A stretch of 64,000 nucleotides of DNA from Pseudomonadota bacterium (GCA_043797085.1 JAZDQA010000007.1:84603-148602), one strand, 5' to 3'. Shown: positions 19,185 through 29,364, counted from the stretch's first letter. Made by a program: numbers and translations. Notes: generated from the letters alone by a model not told the origin.

Positions 19185-20365
19185 TTTCCATTTTCGTAGC
19201 TATAGTTTAGATGAAAATTATGTAACTCACATACAGATTGGGCAATGTAAAGACCCAATCCCAATCCTCCATCTCCTCGCTCAGTAACAAAAGCTTGCAG
19301 GGCTTCTTCCACAGGACGCTTGAGCGGTTCTCCGCTATTTTGTATGCAGATTTTTTCACTGCTGCACGTTATAACTATCGGAAATGTACTCGCATGACGA
19401 TAGGCATTATCGAGCAAATTTTGCAAGGCACTGGTGAAGAGGACGGGATCAGCCATCACTGTTTCTTCATCTCCGCAAAAAAGTATATTTTGATCTTCCA
19501 ATAGCAGGTTGTCCATCGCCAAATTGAGAAGAGTTTTTAGTTTTACTTTTTGAGGGTTTAATGCAAAGGCGTGCATTTTTTCAATCTGTGCCATTTGATG
19601 AATCAGATGTTCCATGCGTGAGAAAAGTTTACCAAGCAGTGTTGTATTGGTACTTGGCTCTTGAAGTTCTACAATTAACTTGCCTTTGGTAATAGGAGTT
19701 TTCAGCTCATGCATGATGTTACGCAAAAAAAGCTCACGAGACTTTTTGAGGGCACTTTGTCGAAGGAGTGCATCGTGCAAAGCATTGGCAATGAGAGCAA
19801 TTTCATCTTTTCCTTTATTGGGAGTGTTTAAAATTTCTTCACCTGCTCCATAGTGTTGTATTTGCTGATATAAATGTTTAAGAGGTCGAAGATTACGCCA
19901 TAACAGAAGATACATACTAACAAGACCGCTAAAAAGGGTAAAAAATAAGAGCCATACAAAATAATAAGTATTTCCCTCGACGGTATCGCGGTAAAACATA
20001 GTACAGTGACTGCGCATAAGGGCATAAATTATCCCTTGGCTGTCTTGATAGATTTGAACTTGAAGCTGATTGGTTTGAAGTTTTTTTTCCATCGGAGCAG
20101 GAAGCTCAATTTTCTTTGCATCGGATGTAATATGGGGTATTTCTTGGAAGCCTTCACGGCTAAGTTCACGAGATTGATTTTTACAACTGTAATTTTTCAG
20201 TATTCCCAATGATTGAGAAAGTTCAATAGAACGATGGGTTAAAAGGCGAAATTTTTGGTGTTTTTGTTCACTTAACGCGGTATTGAAAAGTAACGCTAAA
20301 ACAACAAGTGCAATAAAAAAGAAGGCATGAAGTTTGAAAAAAACCGAATGGTAACGTGAAATCAT
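19160..20365 (-). CDS. Membrane sensor histidine kinase (ArsS/CpxA-like)
   Basis: Two TM segments, HAMP (DEI), [28 protein letters not shown]. Confidence 0.9.
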   Translation of the reverse strand: MISRYHSVFFKLHAFFFIALVVLALLFNTALSEQKHQKFRLLTHRSIELSQSLGILKNYSCKNQSRELSREGFQEIPHITSDAKKIELPAPMEKKLQTNQLQVQIYQDSQGIIYALMRSHCTMFYRDTVEGNTYYFVWLLFFTLFSGLVSMYLLLWRNLRPLKHLYQQIQHYGAGEEILNTPNKGKDEIALIANALHDALLRQSALKKSRELFLRNIMHELKTPITKGKLIVELQEPSTNTTLLGKLFSRMEHLIHQMAQIEKMHAFALNPQKVKLKTLLNLAMDNLLLEDQNILFCGDEETVMADPVLFTSALQNLLDNAYRHASTFPIVITCSSEKICIQNSGEPLKRPVEEALQAFVTERGDGGLGLGLYIAQSVCELHNFHLNYSYENGNHTFCIEF

Positions 20366-21024
20366 TTGCAAAATTGGTACCCCATTCCACGGATGGAACG
20401 GATGAGAGTAGGGTGTTTGGGATTAGACTCTATTTTCTGACGAATACGGCTGATAAGGACATCAATACTTCGCTCCGAACTTTCCCATCCGATGGACTCA
20501 ACATTGTTGGCGATAAAATCACGTGAGATAATTTGACCGCGATGTTTAAGCAGAAGACTTAAAAGCTCAAATTCTGCTCGTGTGAGTATTAAAAGTTCTC
20601 CCTCTTTATAAATACCGTTTTCCTCTACTCGAAATATTTCATTGGACGTTTGGAGAGTTTTGCCATTTATACGGCGAAGGAGACTTTGAATGCGTGCAAC
20701 TAATTCTCGGGGTTCATAGGGCTTGGGGAGGTAATCATCAGCACCCAGCTCAAGCGCGATAACTTTGTCTCCTAAATCACTGCGGGCAGAGGAAATAATG
20801 ATGGGAATACTGCTGCGTTCACGAAGAATTTTGCATACTTCCAACCCATCCATCTCAGGAAGTGTAAGATCAAGCAGTACCAAATCATACGATTCGATAG
20901 AGAGAGAATTTAACGCTGATTTTGGATGAGTATAGCTAATAACCTCCATCTGATAACGGCTCAAATATTGCGTCAAAAGGTCAGCAATTTCGAGGTCATC
21001 TTCTATCAGGAGGATTTTGATCAT
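20362..21024 (-). CDS. OmpR-family response regulator
   Basis: LLIEDD, LDLTLPEMDG, GADDYLPKPY, RSIDVLISRIRQK. Confidence 0.95.
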   Translation of the reverse strand: MIKILLIEDDLEIADLLTQYLSRYQMEVISYTHPKSALNSLSIESYDLVLLDLTLPEMDGLEVCKILRERSSIPIIISSARSDLGDKVIALELGADDYLPKPYEPRELVARIQSLLRRINGKTLQTSNEIFRVEENGIYKEGELLILTRAEFELLSLLLKHRGQIISRDFIANNVESIGWESSERSIDVLISRIRQKIESNPKHPTLIRSIRGMGYQFCK

Positions 21025-21027
21025 AGA

Positions 21028-21426
21028 TTACTTTTTCTCGTCACATTTTTTGCAGCCCATGCCGCCTTCACCCATTTGAGGCTGTTTCATATCCCCTTTT
21101 GGACACATTTTTCCTTTGCCTTCATTCATCATTATTTTCATCCCGTCGAGCTTAGCGCGTTGCTCAGGAGTAAGAACCGCCATCATTTTTTCGTGCTGTT
21201 TGTTATGAAATGCTTTTCCCTCAGCACGAATAGCTACAACTTGCTCTTTTTGTTTGTCGTTAAGATCCAACTTTTCCATCATAAGAGGAAGCTTTTTGGT
21301 GTCGCATTCACATTTTTGCATCATGCCACCCATGCCGCCTTTATCGCCGCACATTCCACCTTGCATCGGGCATGCCATTAACGCTGTTGCACCTAAAATC
21401 AGTGCGATACTTAGAATCTTTTTCAT
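21028..21426 (-). CDS. Spy/CpxP family periplasmic chaperone
   Basis: Signal peptide, Met/Gly-rich ends, LDLNDKQ and LTPEQR motifs; first gene of the two-component operon. Confidence 0.8.
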   Translation of the reverse strand: MKKILSIALILGATALMACPMQGGMCGDKGGMGGMMQKCECDTKKLPLMMEKLDLNDKQKEQVVAIRAEGKAFHNKQHEKMMAVLTPEQRAKLDGMKIMMNEGKGKMCPKGDMKQPQMGEGGMGCKKCDEKK

Positions 21427-21506
21427 TTGGAATCCTTTAGGTTTTGATGATCACATGATAGAACAAATAGGTCAATAAATCAATAACCTAATGTTAACAG
21501 TGTTAA

Positions 21507-22511
21507 TTAAAATAGATGAGATGGCGGATTGCCAAATTTTAGTAAATCATACGTTTTCGCAGTAGCCACGCGTCCGCGAGCTGTTCTCTCCAAGTAGCCA
21601 TTAGCGAGAAGGTAAGGCTCAAGTACATCTTCAATCGTCCCCTCGTCTTCACTGAGTGCTGCGGCGATAGTGCTTAGTCCCATAGCTCGACCTTTGGCTT
21701 CCATCAGCAGTTTTAGCAGACGTATGTCCATCTCATCAAAGCCATGGGCGTTGATTCCAAGCTGATCGAGAGCGTATTGGGATCGGGAGTGTAAAATGGA
21801 AGTCTCATTGGCAACATCCGCAAAATCACGGACTCTTTTTAGTAAACGCAATGCAATACGCGGTGTTCCACGGGAACGCTTGGCAATTTCATGTGCTGCT
21901 TCTTTGTCAATGTTTTTTCCCAGTTTTTGAGAGGCCTGAGTGACAATAATACAGAGTTCTTCCGGAGTATAAAACTGCATCCGAAAGTTCATTCCGAAAC
22001 GGTCTCTCAGCGGATTGGAAAGCATTCCCGCACGAGTGGTTGCACCGATGAGGGTAAAGCGGGGAAGGTCGATTTTTACCGTCTGTGCTGCCGGACCGCT
22101 TCCGATGATGATGTCGAGGCGAAAATCTTCCATCGAGGGGTAGAGAATTTCCTCAACCGCAGGTGAAAGGCGGTGGATTTCGTCGATAAAGAGGATGTCT
22201 CCTTCTTCGAGATTGGTGAGGATGGCGGCTAGATCCCCACTTTTTTCGATCATTGGGGCAGCGGTAACTTTGATATTACTGCCCATTTCGTTGGCAATGA
22301 TGAGAGCAAGAGTAGTTTTACCCAATCCCGGAGGTCCATAAAAGAGAACATGATCGAGGGCTTCACGCCGTTTGGAACTCGCTTCGATAAAAACACCAAG
22401 ATTTTTTTTGATTTGCTCTTGCCCGATGTATCCATCCCAGCTACTTGGGCGTAAAGAGGTTTCGGTTACCTCTTCGGCGGTGAATTTCTCGATTTCGACT
22501 ATGCGTTCCAT
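21507..22511 (-). CDS. ruvB: Holliday junction branch migration helicase RuvB
   Basis: [34 protein letters not shown]. Confidence 0.98.
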   Translation of the reverse strand: MERIVEIEKFTAEEVTETSLRPSSWDGYIGQEQIKKNLGVFIEASSKRREALDHVLFYGPPGLGKTTLALIIANEMGSNIKVTAAPMIEKSGDLAAILTNLEEGDILFIDEIHRLSPAVEEILYPSMEDFRLDIIIGSGPAAQTVKIDLPRFTLIGATTRAGMLSNPLRDRFGMNFRMQFYTPEELCIIVTQASQKLGKNIDKEAAHEIAKRSRGTPRIALRLLKRVRDFADVANETSILHSRSQYALDQLGINAHGFDEMDIRLLKLLMEAKGRAMGLSTIAAALSEDEGTIEDVLEPYLLANGYLERTARGRVATAKTYDLLKFGNPPSHLF

Positions 22512-22517
22512 GATTGA

Positions 22518-22730
22518 TTAAAACTTTCTTGGTATAACAATGGGATCAGAATTATTAATACAATTTTGATAGTGTTGTGTACCCGATATACAGGGATTGT
22601 TTGGGATAGGATGATCATAGCTGTAAAGAGCAGAATTTAAAGGAGTTGAAATTTTATGTTCTTTTGAAAATGACATAGAACACCCTATAAATAATAAAGG
22701 GATAAGTAAAAATAGTATTTTAATAAACAT
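22518..22730 (-). CDS. Small hypothetical lipoprotein
   Basis: MFIKILFLLIPLLFIGC lipobox; start overlaps the panB end; 70 aa. Confidence 0.5.
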   Translation of the reverse strand: MFIKILFLLIPLLFIGCSMSFSKEHKISTPLNSALYSYDHPIPNNPCISGTQHYQNCINNSDPIVIPRKF

Positions 22731-23508
22731 AATTTTCATCCGGAAATGACCGATTTTGAACTTCTTTAGTATAACTGAAAACTGCTTCTTTGACTGCCGC
22801 CGCACCGTTCATGTACTGTTTGACAAATTTTGGGACAAACGGCTCATACAGTCCCAGCATATCAGAAAATACCAAGACCTGACCATCCACGCCATTACCC
22901 GCACCGATGCCGATAACGGGGATAGAGACACTTTGTGCAACACGCGTAGCAACGTCGGCTTTTACCCCTTCGATGACGAGGATAAAGGCACCTGCTTTTT
23001 CGATGATCTGCGCATCGGCGATGAGAGAAAGGGCTTCTTCTTCCGATTTGCCTTTGACTTTATAGCCCCCCTCGGCACGAACACTTTGAGGTAAGAGTCC
23101 GATATGACCGCACACGGCGATGCCGTTGTCGGTTAGATGTTTAACGAGGTGCGCTTTATCGGCTCCCCCTTCGATTTTGACAGCATCAGCAGGAGTTTCA
23201 CGGTAAACGCGAATGGCATTAGACAAAGCAGTGGGCTCATCTGTATAGGTACCAAAGGGCATATCACAAATGACAAACGTATTTTGAGCTCCTTTGCAGA
23301 CGGCATTCGTGTGATAGATCATCTGATCCATAGTGGCACTTAATGTATCGGGATTGCCGCCAAAACTCATATTGAGACTGTCACCAACAAGCAAAATATC
23401 AGCACTCTCTTCAAAAAGTCGAGCAAAAAGTGCATCGTATGCTGTAATCATCATAATGGGTAAAATATTTTTACGCTTTAAAATAGCGCCAATAGATAGT
23501 TTTTTCAT
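22720..23508 (-). CDS. panB: 3-methyl-2-oxobutanoate hydroxymethyltransferase
   Basis: MITAYD, LVGDSL, DMPF, VKIEGG, GHIGLLPQ, GIGAG. Confidence 0.97.
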   Translation of the reverse strand: MKKLSIGAILKRKNILPIMMITAYDALFARLFEESADILLVGDSLNMSFGGNPDTLSATMDQMIYHTNAVCKGAQNTFVICDMPFGTYTDEPTALSNAIRVYRETPADAVKIEGGADKAHLVKHLTDNGIAVCGHIGLLPQSVRAEGGYKVKGKSEEEALSLIADAQIIEKAGAFILVIEGVKADVATRVAQSVSIPVIGIGAGNGVDGQVLVFSDMLGLYEPFVPKFVKQYMNGAAAVKEAVFSYTKEVQNRSFPDENYVY

Positions 23509-23626
23509 GAATAGAAGTTTACCCTAAAATTGTAGTGGCATCTAAAATATGTCATTTTGTCAGATAAAAGTGGAGATGCTATTTATTTAAAACGCGGTAT
23601 AATTGCCTCAAATAGGAGAAGAAATC

Positions 23627-24031
23627 ATGGGCATACGGACAAATTTGGAGAACGATTTCGATTTTGAAATTATCGATGAATTTTTAGATCACTATGCCAT
23701 GATGATTGAAATTATGGAGTCGTTGATTATTGATTTAGGGCATGATGAGCGTTATGGACGCAGTGTTGAAGAACTGTTTCGTATTTTTCACAATATTAAA
23801 TCAGCAACTAGCTATTTAAAAATAGAGCCGATGATTCGTCTTTCAACTTTTGTGGAAGATGCCCTTGAACAGCTGAGACTGCGAGATACGTCCGCCAATG
23901 AAGAGACTATTTCATGGCTGATTAGTGTTTCAGATATGTTTTTACAATGGCAAGAAGATTTCAAAATGGATAATGAACTCTCAAAAATCAATTTTTCTCT
24001 CCTAATATTACCCGATATGGAGAAAGCGTGA
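23627..24031 (+). CDS. Stand-alone Hpt (phosphotransfer) domain protein
   Basis: LFRIFHNIKS motif; AGGAG RBS; TATAAT upstream. Confidence 0.85.
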   Translation: MGIRTNLENDFDFEIIDEFLDHYAMMIEIMESLIIDLGHDERYGRSVEELFRIFHNIKSATSYLKIEPMIRLSTFVEDALEQLRLRDTSANEETISWLISVSDMFLQWQEDFKMDNELSKINFSLLILPDMEKA

Positions 24032-24768
24032 AGCAACTAGTAGCTTATATTACCGCAGGATATCCTGATAAAAATTTTACCATTGACCTAGCATTGGCAT
24101 TGGGTGAAAACGGTGTCGATACCTTGGAACTGGGTGTCCCCTTTTCTGATCCCGTTGCCGACGGTCCTGTGATTGAAGCAGCAAATCAGCATGCGTTGGA
24201 ATCAGGATTTCGTTTTTCGGATATTTTAGAGATATCCGCTAGTATAGCTCCTAAAATTGACACGTTATGGATGGGATATTTTAACCCTTTTTATCAATAC
24301 GGAATGGAAGCGCTGTTGAACCGAGCTCAGACACTTGGCGTTAAAGGTCTCATCATCCCTGATGTTCCTTATGAGGAGGCAAAAGCCTATCATAATCTCT
24401 TTGAAGAGCGTCAGTTGGCAAATATTTCTTTCGTAGCCCCAACCGATGGAGAAGAGCGAATCGCTATGATTACTGCTCAAGCTCGCAGATTTATTTATCT
24501 CGTTGCCTATGCCGGAATTACAGGCAGCGGCAAGAGTGAAGATTTGGCGCCGGTTCTTGAAATGATTAAGCGCCACAGTCAAACCCCCGTTTATGTAGGA
24601 TTTGGAGTAAATGAGCAGACTGCACGTGAAAAAGTCAAAGGGGCAGACGGTGTTATTGTCGGTTCCTCTATTGTCAGCGTCCTTTTGGATAATACGCTCA
24701 ACGGTACCCAAAAAATCGCCAAATGTTGTGAGATTACCCGAAATATTAAATCACTCATTAACGAATAA
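24028..24768 (+). CDS. trpA: Tryptophan synthase alpha subunit
   Basis: YITAGYP, LELGVPFSDPVADGPVI, GFGV, ADGVIVGS. Confidence 0.97.
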   Translation: MKQLVAYITAGYPDKNFTIDLALALGENGVDTLELGVPFSDPVADGPVIEAANQHALESGFRFSDILEISASIAPKIDTLWMGYFNPFYQYGMEALLNRAQTLGVKGLIIPDVPYEEAKAYHNLFEERQLANISFVAPTDGEERIAMITAQARRFIYLVAYAGITGSGKSEDLAPVLEMIKRHSQTPVYVGFGVNEQTAREKVKGADGVIVGSSIVSVLLDNTLNGTQKIAKCCEITRNIKSLINE

Positions 24769-25689
24769 ATGGGGTATTGGGCTGTTCTTTTACTTTCAAT
24801 CGCCATAACCGCTTCTGCTGACAACTCTCTTTATAATGAGTTAAAAAAAAGTCCCTCTTTGAAGCAGGCTCCCTCACTCTCTGAGGATGCGTTGAGAAGC
24901 ACCCTCTGGCAATATCAAATAACCGAGAGTTTAGAACCGCAATTTCATCCGATCAATGCCGATGAGGGAAAAGATTACCTGCCAATCTATATCAATGTCA
25001 ATGAAGAACTTCCTTTCCGTTATAAAAAACTTATTGAGGATTCCCTCTACCTTCAACTCCTTATGATCTCATCCGTTGGATTTTTGACTCTGCTGCCGGA
25101 AAGTATTACGAGTTGGGATATGGAGGAACTGCAAAAACAGACATTGGCTCAGCGCTGGTTTGAGAATGTTTCCTCTACGCCGGTTTGGGATAACGACGAC
25201 TGGATCATCAACTACATCGGACATCCGGTATCGGGTGCGTTCTACTATACAATGGCACGCAATGATGGGATGTCGATCGGTGAGTCGGCAGCTTTTTCCG
25301 CCTTGATGTCCACCTTTTTCTGGGAGTACGGTTACGAGAGTTTTGCCGAGACTCCTTCGATACAGGATCTTATTATCACTCCTTTATTCGGGTCTATTCT
25401 GGGGGAAGGGATGATGGTTCTTCAGGGAAAATTGAATCAAAAGGGCGGGGTGATCTTCGGTTCAAGAAGTTTGGGAAACATAAGCTATTTTTTTCTGGAT
25501 CCGTTGGGCAATATCGCCCATGGGATGAGAGATGTCCTTAAAACTTTTCATATTGATCTTGATGTGACCATGACGATACAAACCTATCCGCGGGCTCGCA
25601 CTGAGCGACAGTTTCCTGTTCTTGATCCAAAAGAGGATCCGATACGTGCACGAGAGCGTGAAATCGGTTTTATTATTACCTTTTGGTAA
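24769..25689 (+). CDS. DUF3943 family secreted/membrane protein
   Basis: PVWDNDDWIINYIGHP..GA.YY..AR and WEYGYE...PSIQDLIITP motifs. Confidence 0.75.
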   Translation: MGYWAVLLLSIAITASADNSLYNELKKSPSLKQAPSLSEDALRSTLWQYQITESLEPQFHPINADEGKDYLPIYINVNEELPFRYKKLIEDSLYLQLLMISSVGFLTLLPESITSWDMEELQKQTLAQRWFENVSSTPVWDNDDWIINYIGHPVSGAFYYTMARNDGMSIGESAAFSALMSTFFWEYGYESFAETPSIQDLIITPLFGSILGEGMMVLQGKLNQKGGVIFGSRSLGNISYFFLDPLGNIAHGMRDVLKTFHIDLDVTMTIQTYPRARTERQFPVLDPKEDPIRAREREIGFIITFW

Positions 25690-25724
25690 GAGGTATAAAA
25701 TCATGATTTCATTTACAAAGCTTT

Positions 25725-25733
25725 TGGTATAAT
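25725..25733 (+). promoter_or_regulatory. Extended -10 promoter for ssrA
   Basis: TGGTATAAT ending 27 nt upstream of the mature tmRNA 5' end. Confidence 0.55.
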
Positions 25734-25759
25734 GTTGAAATAACTTCGGTTATTCCTGT

Positions 25760-26131
25760 GGGGGCGACATGGCTTCGACTGGATCAAGAAGGTTTAGGTT
25801 GCATCGTCGGACTGAGCAATTCCGTTACACGGCTCACACTTGCTTAAACGCAAACAACACTAATTACCGTCCTGCTTACGCTGTAGCGTAAGTTTAACTA
25901 AACTTTAGGACTGCGCTACCTTCCTATGCTATAACTGGAAGGGCTTGGCGTATAACCCCTGTGATAGCTATATTCTTGGAATGTCTCGGACTTGAATGAA
26001 TTTAGAGAATTGAATGCCGTAACTTTGCTCGTTGTGTGAAGGCGTTTGAAACACAAACAACGAAACTAAGCATGTAGACGCCTTTACAATCTTGGTTTAG
26101 GACTCCGGTTCAATCCCGGACGCCTCCACCA
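25760..26131 (+). ncRNA. ssrA: tmRNA; tag peptide ANNTNYRPAYAVA encoded at 25850-25891
   Basis: 5' GGGGGCG pairs with 3' CGCCTCC-ACCA including the G3:U pair; T-loop GGTTCAATCCC; tag ORF ending in AVA-stop. Confidence 0.97.
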
Positions 26132-26237
26132 AACTATATCTTTCATTTAATATAGCTCATTTCAATCACCTATTTTTGTTTTTGTAAACTGAAGATTGAA
26201 TACCTTATCCCTACTTTTTACTAAAAATATATTTCAT

Positions 26238-26846
26238 TTAGTGTACTAGTTTAGGTTTCAAATACTCTTTAACTTTTTTTATTTCAGTATTTAACTCATT
26301 TTTAAATTCATCACCATCATCCGACAAATCATCATATAAGATATCTCTTTTTTTTCTAATAATTTCTTGTATTGCTTGTTTGGTCTCTTGTGACGTTGAT
26401 GGATTTATTAGGAGTAGATGATTTCTTGCTATAATAAACAATTCGTGTTCTAAAACAAATATTTGTTTGAAAAGAGCTATAAATTCTTCTCCCCATATTG
26501 CTTCAGCTTCAAGAAGATCTGTCTTCAAATTTGTAGATGCATCTTGAACTTTTTCCCATCGGGCTTCATATGCTTTTGATTTTCCATAAAAACGATTTTC
26601 TTCATCGTTATTACACTTCTTTTCATCATGTGGTGGCTCAGGCATCTCATATACAAACATTGCTGGATATCTAAAAGCGCTGATTGCATCTTTATGTTTT
26701 AGCAGTGATGCAACTACACGACGGGAAAGTTCATATTCTACTTGTCCTTTAAGTTGTTTTTTCCATGTGGTTAATCCCTGATATGCTATGTAGAGCCCAC
26801 CAACTGTCCCGATGCCTGATATTATTTCTGATAAAGTTATTGTCAT
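26238..26846 (-). CDS. Hypothetical protein with N-terminal TM segment
   Basis: Open 202-codon frame, visibly AT-rich; GLTTWKKQLKG...EAEAIWG. Confidence 0.7.
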   Translation of the reverse strand: MTITLSEIISGIGTVGGLYIAYQGLTTWKKQLKGQVEYELSRRVVASLLKHKDAISAFRYPAMFVYEMPEPPHDEKKCNNDEENRFYGKSKAYEARWEKVQDASTNLKTDLLEAEAIWGEEFIALFKQIFVLEHELFIIARNHLLLINPSTSQETKQAIQEIIRKKRDILYDDLSDDGDEFKNELNTEIKKVKEYLKPKLVH

Positions 26847-27102
26847 ATGATAGTGTAAGGCTGAGAAGCTTAAATAATAGGTTAGCTTCTTATTCCCTAA
26901 GCAAATAAACCCCAAAACTCTCTACTGTTTAATCTACCTCTGTATAATGCGCCAACTTGCATTGAAGGATGAACATAGATGAAAAATAGCGTATTGGGTA
27001 GTAGGGATTGCAGCATACCGCATACGGGTCAGGCGTTAAATGTTAATTAGAGATGATCTAAAGAAACTAAGACTAGATGAATTAAAATGCAAAAGTGGGG
27101 AT

Positions 27103-27128
27103 GGATCCCGTATCAAGTACGGGATGAC
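27103..27128. repeat. REP-like palindrome GGATCCCGTATCAAGTACGGGATGAC
   Basis: ATCCCGTA-TCAAG-TACGGGAT perfect 8-bp stem in intergenic DNA. Confidence 0.5.
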
Positions 27129-27142
27129 AAAAAAATAGGGGT

Positions 27143-27163
27143 CAGGTATTCAGTCTTTACTTT
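27143..27163 (+). repeat. Left copy of 21-bp inverted repeat
   Basis: CAGGTATTCAGTCTTTACTTT; 19/21 match to the reverse complement of 29491-29511. Confidence 0.7.
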
Positions 27164-27210
27164 TTATCCGCTAATGTAAATAAAATAAGAAAATGAATTT
27201 TTATAGTTAC

Positions 27211-27271
27211 TTGACAAATAGTATCACTTATGATACATTTAGTAAAATAAATAAGTATCAAATTTGATACT
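27211..27271 (+). promoter_or_regulatory. Sigma70 promoter overlapped by two GTATCA-N4-TGATAC operators
   Basis: TTGACA 27211-27216, 17 bp spacer, TACATT 27234-27239; palindromes at 27221-27236 and 27255-27270. Confidence 0.75.
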
Positions 27272-27284
27272 AAAAGAAGCTACC

Positions 27285-27659
27285 ATGTTTAAAACATTCA
27301 TTCTTTCTGAACTCAAAAAGCAAAAAGAGGCTCTATCTATCCCGTATGAGGCTATTGCTACCCGTTCAGGGTTAGGGATTGCTACAGTGAAACGGGCATT
27401 TTCAGGGCATGATATATCCCTCGACTCCCTCGATAAAATAGCGGTAGCTTTGGGATGTGAGATCGCTATCAAACCAAAGCAATCGGCAAAAGCACTCTAT
27501 CAGGCGCAAATAGAGAAAAAAGCGCATGAGATTGTGAGTCGAGTGATACAAACCTCTGCACTGGAAAATCAATTGCCGAGCGATGACGCACAAAAAAGGA
27601 TACTTACCCAAGCCAAAGCGATGATTGCTAAAATGCCAAAATCTAAAGTGTGGGCATAA
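27285..27659 (+). CDS. XRE-family HTH protein, mobile mystery protein A-like
   Basis: HTH (IATRSGLGIATVKR, SLDSLDKIAVALGCE) plus C-terminal KAHEIVSRVIQTSALENQ...VW pattern. Confidence 0.65.
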   Translation: MFKTFILSELKKQKEALSIPYEAIATRSGLGIATVKRAFSGHDISLDSLDKIAVALGCEIAIKPKQSAKALYQAQIEKKAHEIVSRVIQTSALENQLPSDDAQKRILTQAKAMIAKMPKSKVWA

Positions 27660-27727
27660 TTTTTCTTTGGTGGAAAGAAATGTGCAGTACCATTATCAAA
27701 TTTAATCGAAGGAAAAGCTTTTATTTA

Positions 27728-27755
27728 TCTAGAAAAGCGTATAGTTTTTTCTAGA
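27728..27755 (+). promoter_or_regulatory. Inverted repeat upstream of the AbiEi-like gene (candidate autoregulatory operator)
   Basis: TCTAGAAAA-N10-TTTTCTAGA ending 20 nt before the ATG. Confidence 0.55.
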
Positions 27756-27775
27756 AATAATTTTTGGGATAACCT

Positions 27776-28387
27776 ATGAAAAATATCGTTGATGATGGAT
27801 TTTTCTTTATAGCTGGTCATCGTAGGGGGTGGAGCTTTTCATCAAGAGATTTGATGCAAAAGTTTAGTCGCCAACAAGCTGATAATCTCCTCTCTGATCT
27901 AAGTGCTCAGGGAAAAATCCGCCGGATCGCTCATGGTATGTATGACTATCCGAAATACAGTAATTTTTTAGGCAAAGAACTTAGCCCCGATATCGATCAA
28001 GTCGCACGAGCTTATGCCCGTAAGTTTAACTGGCGTATAGAGATTTCCGGTGATAGTGCGCTGAATTATTTCGGTCTCTCGACTCAGGTGCCGGGAACGT
28101 ATATTTATCTCAGTGATGGGGCAAGTAAAAGCTACGATATTATGGGGACAACCTTGAAGTTTAAAAAATCTCAACTCAAGAATATCGGTTTCAAACATAG
28201 TGAAAGTTCATTGATCGTTCAAGCTCTTAATGCTCTAGGGAAAGAGCATATAACGGATAACGTCATCAAAAAGATTCGTGAACAGATTGACCCTAAAAAA
28301 TATGAGAAAATTCTCAAAGATACGCAAAGCTCAACGGTGTGGATTTATGAGAGTGTTAAAGTTATCTGTCAGAAGGACAATGTATGA
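27776..28387 (+). CDS. DUF6088/AbiEi-like antitoxin (type IV TA)
   Basis: GKIRRIAHGMYDYP, SGDSALNYFGLSTQVP, YLSDG; ATGA coupling to the toxin gene. Confidence 0.85.
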   Translation: MKNIVDDGFFFIAGHRRGWSFSSRDLMQKFSRQQADNLLSDLSAQGKIRRIAHGMYDYPKYSNFLGKELSPDIDQVARAYARKFNWRIEISGDSALNYFGLSTQVPGTYIYLSDGASKSYDIMGTTLKFKKSQLKNIGFKHSESSLIVQALNALGKEHITDNVIKKIREQIDPKKYEKILKDTQSSTVWIYESVKVICQKDNV

Positions 28388-29364
28388 ATAAGATTGCCTT
28401 GTTACCAACGCAAAGACGTAATGAGCTATTTCGTGAAACCGCCCGGATGATGCACACAACCGAAGCAATCGTCGAAAAAGATTTTTGGGTGGTTTGGACT
28501 TTGGATAAGATTTTTGCTGATGCACACCTCGGTAAAATTTTAAAGTTCAAAGGGGGTACGAGTCTTTCGAAGGTGTACGATCTGATCGGTAGATTTTCCG
28601 AAGATATCGATCTCATCCTAGACTGGCGGGAAGTGATCTCAGATGATCCCTATAAAGAGCGATCAAAAAATAAGCAAAATGAGTTTAACGACAATACGAA
28701 TGAAACGGCACATATTTACATCCGTGAAGAGTTACTTCCTTCTATCTCACAATTGTTAGCTCCAATATGTGCCTGTACTATCGATGTAGACGATCCGCAC
28801 TCTATTAATATCACATATCCGTCGGCATTTAAAGATATCTATCTACGTCCTCAGATTTTACTTGAAATCGGACCATTGGCATCTTGGACTCCTTCGGATG
28901 TTTTTGAAATCAGTTCTTTTGCTGCACAAAAATTCTCTGAAGTTTTTGAACAACCTTCTTGCCGTGTCGATACGATTTTAGCGGAACGGACATTTTGGGA
29001 AAAAGCAACTATTTTGCATCAAGAAGCTAACCGAACGACAGACAAGCCCTTACCATCTAGACACGCAAGACATTATTATGATTTGGCTATGATGGCAAGA
29101 AGCAGTGTGAAAGCCAAAGCATTTGCACGTTTGGATTTACTCGAAGCGGTTGTACAATTTAAACAGCGTTTTTATCCATCAGCATGGGCGAAGTACGAAG
29201 AGGCAAAAGTTGGAACACTCAAATTGCTCCCACCGGAATTTCGTTATGCTGAACTTCGCAAAGATTATACCGCTATGCAGAATATGATTTTTGAAAAACA
29301 TCTCTCCTTTGAAGAGATTCTTGAGACTCTAAAAGCATTAGAACATGAGATAAATAGTATATGA
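28384..29364 (+). CDS. AbiEii/AbiGii family nucleotidyltransferase toxin
   Basis: VEKDFWV, FKGGTSLSK, RFSEDIDL, ERTFWEK, RHYYDL. Confidence 0.92.
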   Translation: MNKIALLPTQRRNELFRETARMMHTTEAIVEKDFWVVWTLDKIFADAHLGKILKFKGGTSLSKVYDLIGRFSEDIDLILDWREVISDDPYKERSKNKQNEFNDNTNETAHIYIREELLPSISQLLAPICACTIDVDDPHSINITYPSAFKDIYLRPQILLEIGPLASWTPSDVFEISSFAAQKFSEVFEQPSCRVDTILAERTFWEKATILHQEANRTTDKPLPSRHARHYYDLAMMARSSVKAKAFARLDLLEAVVQFKQRFYPSAWAKYEEAKVGTLKLLPPEFRYAELRKDYTAMQNMIFEKHLSFEEILETLKALEHEINSI

